A stretch of 64,000 nucleotides of DNA from an uncultured Candidatus Rokubacteria bacterium. Lineage in GTDB: Bacteria; Methylomirabilota; Methylomirabilia; Rokubacteriales; DASRDR01. A program made the position numbers and the translations under genes. The stretch covers positions 128,001-192,000 of the forward strand of contig CAWGVS010000010.1 of assembly GCA_963826115.1 (NCBI GenBank). Reading direction: 5' to 3'. Under the pieces are notes generated by a model. It had not been told where the DNA came from, searched no databases, and saw only the letters and a list, made by a program, of their open reading frames with translations. Shown piece after piece: positions 59,939 to 64,000 of this stretch (position 1 is its first letter; each line of letters opens with the position of its first letter).

Positions 59939-60985
59939 CTAGGCTGCCGCGAGGCGCCGGGCTCGCGCGGTCCAGATGCGACCGTCGAGCCAGTAGTGGC
60001 AGAGGAGTCCGGCGGTCAGGAAGGGCGCGAGCCCGGCGACGCCTGACCCGGTGATCAGGGCCCAGCTGCCGATCCCCACCACCGGCCACACCGCGAATCG
60101 GGCGAGGCGCCGCGCCTCGCCGACGAGTCCCCGCGACGCCCCGCCGCCGTCTCGCCGGGCCAGCGCGTACGTGAAGTAGAGGTACTGGACCTCGTGGTGG
60201 AGCACGAGCACGAGGAGGTACGACGCGCTCCAGGCCCCGACCACGTAGGCGCTCCCGAACGCGACGGCGTTGGCGAGGACGAGCCAGCGCTCCGCCGGGT
60301 GGACCGCGTCCGCGCCGGATTGTCCTGTCGTCCACGCGAGGTAGCCGAGGACGCTCGCGAGCGCCAGCCCGCCGAGCACCGCGAGCACGGAGGTCGGGAG
60401 CCCGAGGCCCAGGAACGCCTCGCCCTCGGAGGTCGTCGCGGTGCTCGTGAAGTACCCGATGGAGGCCGCCATCGGGAGGTAGAAGGCCGCGGCGAGGAGC
60501 CGGCGGTGCCCGGGAGAGCGGGGCCCGCCGGCGCGCCGCTGGTAGTGGAGCGCGATCCCGAGGTTCTGGCGACCGCGGTGCCAGGCGCCCAGGTAAAGGA
60601 TCGTCGTGCCGAGGACGAGCGTCCGGTCGCTCCAGACCAGCGCGTACGTGGCGGCCACGATGGCGAGCGGGATCAGGACCACGTCGACCGGCATCCGGCG
60701 CCAGAGCCGGCGGCGCCACACGGCCTCGTAGGTCGCCCCGAGGTGGAGCTCCGAGAGGATCAGGTCGGCCAGGTCGAGCTGCCGGTCACCGACGAGGTAG
60801 AGCGCGGCCGCCACCGCGAGGAGGACCGTGGCGCCCCCGGCGCCCGCGACCCAGAAATCCGCGGTCCGGGACACGAGCCACCAGTCGCCGCGCTCGCGCG
60901 GCGCAGCGGGCCGGGCTCCCGCCGGAGCGGAGTCCACCCCGCCGACGGCGCCCAGGTCGAGGGCGTCGGAGACGACGGCACGCAT
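59939..60985 (-). CDS. Polytopic membrane protein with His motifs
   Basis: HLGATY, AWHRGRQNLGI, HHEVQYL, HYWLDGRIW. Confidence 0.72.
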   Translation of the reverse strand: MRAVVSDALDLGAVGGVDSAPAGARPAAPRERGDWWLVSRTADFWVAGAGGATVLLAVAAALYLVGDRQLDLADLILSELHLGATYEAVWRRRLWRRMPVDVVLIPLAIVAATYALVWSDRTLVLGTTILYLGAWHRGRQNLGIALHYQRRAGGPRSPGHRRLLAAAFYLPMAASIGYFTSTATTSEGEAFLGLGLPTSVLAVLGGLALASVLGYLAWTTGQSGADAVHPAERWLVLANAVAFGSAYVVGAWSASYLLVLVLHHEVQYLYFTYALARRDGGGASRGLVGEARRLARFAVWPVVGIGSWALITGSGVAGLAPFLTAGLLCHYWLDGRIWTARARRLAAA

Positions 60986-61212
60986 CGCGACGGATGGTAT
61001 CGCGCGCGCGGTCGCAAGGGGAGAGGCATCGCGCGGGGGCGGCGGTCGGGGACCCGGGCCGTCCCTCGGGACCTGCTCTCGTGTAACACGGGCCCGCGGA
61101 CGCCGGATGACGACTCTGTCACGAGACGACGAAGCCCGGCGCCCGCCATGGACGCGCGACGCGGGCCGCCCCGGACCGGCGGCCGGCTCGCGTCGCGCCC
61201 GTCGGCGGTCCC

Positions 61213-61815
61213 TCAGGACTTGTGCGCGAGGCCGAGCCGGAGCTCGAGGACCGTCCGGACCTCCTTCGCGGTGTCACGCCAGAGGCTCTTCTCGGGCGTG
61301 GTCGCGTACGCCGCCTGCATCTGCGACCGGAACTCCTGCAGCGCCGCCTCCTGCTTGTCGGGCGGGGCGAGGTCGGTGGTCTTGGCGCGAAGGGCGAACG
61401 AGCGCTGGGTGGCCGTGTGGGGCCGCTCGATCCAGAGGCCGATCTCGTTCCAGTCCTGGTCGAAGAACACGATGACCGGGATCGACCGGTAGCCGTTGTT
61501 CAGGTAGAGATCCGTGATGTCGAGGTTCTGGTCGCGGAAGAAGACGCGCATCTCGCAGTGCGGCATGGCCTCGACGATGCGCGCCAGCATCGGGGAGTTG
61601 CGATGCACGTCGCCGCACCAGTTCTCGGCGAGCATGAGAGCGTAGCGCACCTGGCGGAGGCCCGAGAAGAAGAGCCGCTCGTCCTCGGTCAGGGACGCGT
61701 GGTGGTAGTTCTCCTCGGTCCGGGCGCGCGTGTCGCCCATCTGGGCCAGGTAGTCCTTCCAGGTCATCCCGGTGCCGAACCGGTGGGCGTCGAGCGGGAT
61801 CTTCATCTGGGCCAT
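61213..61815 (-). CDS. Thioredoxin-like protein (Thioredoxin_9 type)
   Basis: AAGGAG RBS; AENWCGDV, RDQN, SIPVIVFFD, WIERP. Confidence 0.85.
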   Translation of the reverse strand: MAQMKIPLDAHRFGTGMTWKDYLAQMGDTRARTEENYHHASLTEDERLFFSGLRQVRYALMLAENWCGDVHRNSPMLARIVEAMPHCEMRVFFRDQNLDITDLYLNNGYRSIPVIVFFDQDWNEIGLWIERPHTATQRSFALRAKTTDLAPPDKQEAALQEFRSQMQAAYATTPEKSLWRDTAKEVRTVLELRLGLAHKS

Positions 61816-61907
61816 GTCGAGACTCTCCTTTACGATCGGTCGGTGAAAGCGTCGGCCGCCAGCGGGTTCGATGTTAGCAGACCGCCTCGGCCGGCGTCGG
61901 GGGCGGC

Positions 61908-62378
<471 letters not shown>

Positions 62379-62433
62379 GCGTCCTCTCTCCGGCGCCCGC
62401 CGCGGGACGGCGGCGGGCCGGCTGGCGGGTGAG

Positions 62434-62835
62434 TCAGGCGCGGCGGACGGTGAGCTTCACGGCGGGCGAGAGCGTGTTGTGCACGATGCAGGCGCGCTCC
62501 GCGATCGTGACCAGCTTGTCGAGGACGTCCGCGGCGACGCGGGCGCCCCGGACCTCGAGCTCGATCGCCTCGAAGCGGGGCGGCGCGGAGGCGAGCGTGC
62601 CGCGGACGGTCACCTCCAGGCCTTCCACCGGGACGGCGCGCGCGCCCGCCGCCGCCACGAGGTTGCTCATGAAGCACCCGCCCAGGGCGACGAGGAGGAG
62701 CTCCCCACCCATCGGCCCCCGGTCGAGTCCGCCCTTCGCGGTTGGCCGATCGACCAGGATCCGGTGCTCCCGGACGGCGCCCTCGGAGGTCGGCGTGGTG
62801 TGCACCTGGGTGATCGTCGCGACGAGATCCGACAC
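62434..62835 (-). CDS. OsmC-family protein
   Basis: GGAGG RBS; GPMGGELLLVALGGC, AERACIVHNTL. Confidence 0.88.
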   Translation of the reverse strand: MSDLVATITQVHTTPTSEGAVREHRILVDRPTAKGGLDRGPMGGELLLVALGGCFMSNLVAAAGARAVPVEGLEVTVRGTLASAPPRFEAIELEVRGARVAADVLDKLVTIAERACIVHNTLSPAVKLTVRRA

Positions 62836-63006
62836 GGCAGGTTCCTCCCGAGCCCGAAGACGGACGGCCCCACCTGTTTGACGTCGCGGGGCGCGCCCGG
62901 GATTCGCCCGGCGCGCCCGGTGGGCCCGCGGGGGGTATGGTACCCTGAGCCCACGTCCGATCGGCGCCCGCCGATTGGCTTGTCCATCACTCGCAAGGAG
63001 GCATTC

Positions 63007-63510
63007 GTGATCAGGGTCGGAGATCGTCTGCCGGAAGGCACCCTCACGGAGTTCTACGAGCAGGAGGCCCCGGGCTGCACCGTCGGACCCAACAGCTTCC
63101 AGGTTGCGGAACTGGCCAAGGGGCGCCGCATCGTCGTCTTCGGGCTGCCGGGGGCGTTCACCCCGACGTGCTCGGCCAAGCACGTGCCGGGCTACGTGAC
63201 GGCGCACGATCGCCTCCTCGCGAAGGGCATCGACGAGATCTGGTGCGTGTCCGTCAACGACGCCTTCGTGATGGGCGCCTGGGGCCGCGATCAGAAGGCT
63301 GGCGGCAAGGTGCGCATGATGGCCGACGGCAGCGCGACGTACACGAAGGTCCTCGGCCTCGAGATGGACCTGACCGCGCGCGGCATGGGCGTTCGCTCCC
63401 AGCGCTACTCGATGCTGGTCGACGACGGCGTGGTCAAGGCCATCCACGTGGAGCAGCCCGGGAAGTTCGAGGTCAGCGACGCCGAGACCATGCTCCGCAG
63501 TCTGGGTTAG
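63007..63510 (+). CDS. Peroxiredoxin, Prx5 type
   Basis: AAGGAGG RBS; GLPGAFTPTCSAKHVPG, SVNDAFVM.AW, RSQRYSM. Confidence 0.95.
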   Translation: MIRVGDRLPEGTLTEFYEQEAPGCTVGPNSFQVAELAKGRRIVVFGLPGAFTPTCSAKHVPGYVTAHDRLLAKGIDEIWCVSVNDAFVMGAWGRDQKAGGKVRMMADGSATYTKVLGLEMDLTARGMGVRSQRYSMLVDDGVVKAIHVEQPGKFEVSDAETMLRSLG

Positions 63511-63602
63511 CGGGCCCGGCCCCGCCTCGGCCGTGTTCGCCGTCCCGGCGAGGACGCCACGCGCGCTGCCGGTGTCGTGAGCGGCCGACCGGCGGCCCGA
63601 CC

Positions 63603-64000
63603 ATGAGGTCGCCGATGACCGCCGCGGCGAGCGGCCCGGCGCCCGCCTCCGAGCCGGAGTGGGCCGGCTGGTCGGACGAGCGTCTCCTCGACCTCCGGCT
63701 CTCGGACCTCGGCGTGACCACCCACGCCGGGGACCTGTCCGACCGGATCGACCAGCTGTACGACGAGCTCAAGAACCTCGGGCTCCGCTTCCGGCCCCAC
63801 TTCTGGCTCTCCGACGAGTGGTACTGCCCCGACGGCGTACCCGGGGTGGCGATTCCCTTCTACCTGGCGCACCCGCGCCTCGCCCGCCTCGAGCTCGCGC
63901 AGATGCTCGAGGTCGAGGGGGGAACTCCCGAGTGGTGCATGCGGCTCCTGCGCCACGAGACGGGCCACGCCATCGAGAACGCGTACCGCCTGCGGCGGCG
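63603..64000 (+). CDS. Putative zinc-binding metallopeptidase, 3'-truncated by the window
   Basis: PHFWLSDEWYCPDGVPGVAIPFYLAHPRL...EVEGG...LRHETGH (HExxH); not in the ORF track because there is no stop. Confidence 0.85.
   Translation, partial: MRSPMTAAASGPAPASEPEWAGWSDERLLDLRLSDLGVTTHAGDLSDRIDQLYDELKNLGLRFRPHFWLSDEWYCPDGVPGVAIPFYLAHPRLARLELAQMLEVEGGTPEWCMRLLRHETGHAIENAYRLRR

Overview
Very GC-rich bacterial chromosome segment with about 60 CDSs. I found no rRNA, tRNA, CRISPR array, integrase or transposase. Gene content and two small-protein motifs suggest Candidatus Rokubacteria/Methylomirabilota (inference). Several genes carry indels that look like long-read errors, most densely at 2.4-6.4 kb. 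Blocks: (1) 0.3-9.1 kb, a stress/storage cluster (REC-MBL hydrolase, glycogen debranching enzyme, treZ, PRC-BON, Fe/Mn SOD, four small proteins missed by the ORF track) with four sigma54-type promoters and a shared 32-bp palindromic enhancer-like motif. (2) 9.2-25.7 kb, catabolic genes (LLM, PPOX, CoA ligases, enoyl-CoA hydratase, TRAP transporter, amidohydrolase, two MetE-like paralogs). (3) 25.7-34.5 kb, a compositionally distinct surface-glycan capping/modification island with two coiled-coil-bearing GT fusions. (4) 34.5-44.3 kb, lipoproteins, an atypical MBL, and a di-heme protein / cupredoxin / Cys-rich membrane protein / cupin run behind a sigma54 promoter, divergent from an orphan NtrC-type activator. 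(5) 44.4-64 kb, envelope, signalling and redox genes, including a cyclase with Cya2-like guanylyl-cyclase residues, MscS, a tandem-SBP MltF, a rhomboid and a peroxiredoxin cluster. Best candidates for new biology are the sigma54 regulon with its enhancer motif, a 29-aa four-Cys metal-binding microprotein, the di-heme/cupredoxin module and the putative guanylyl cyclase. All family assignments come from motif recognition by eye, not database searches.
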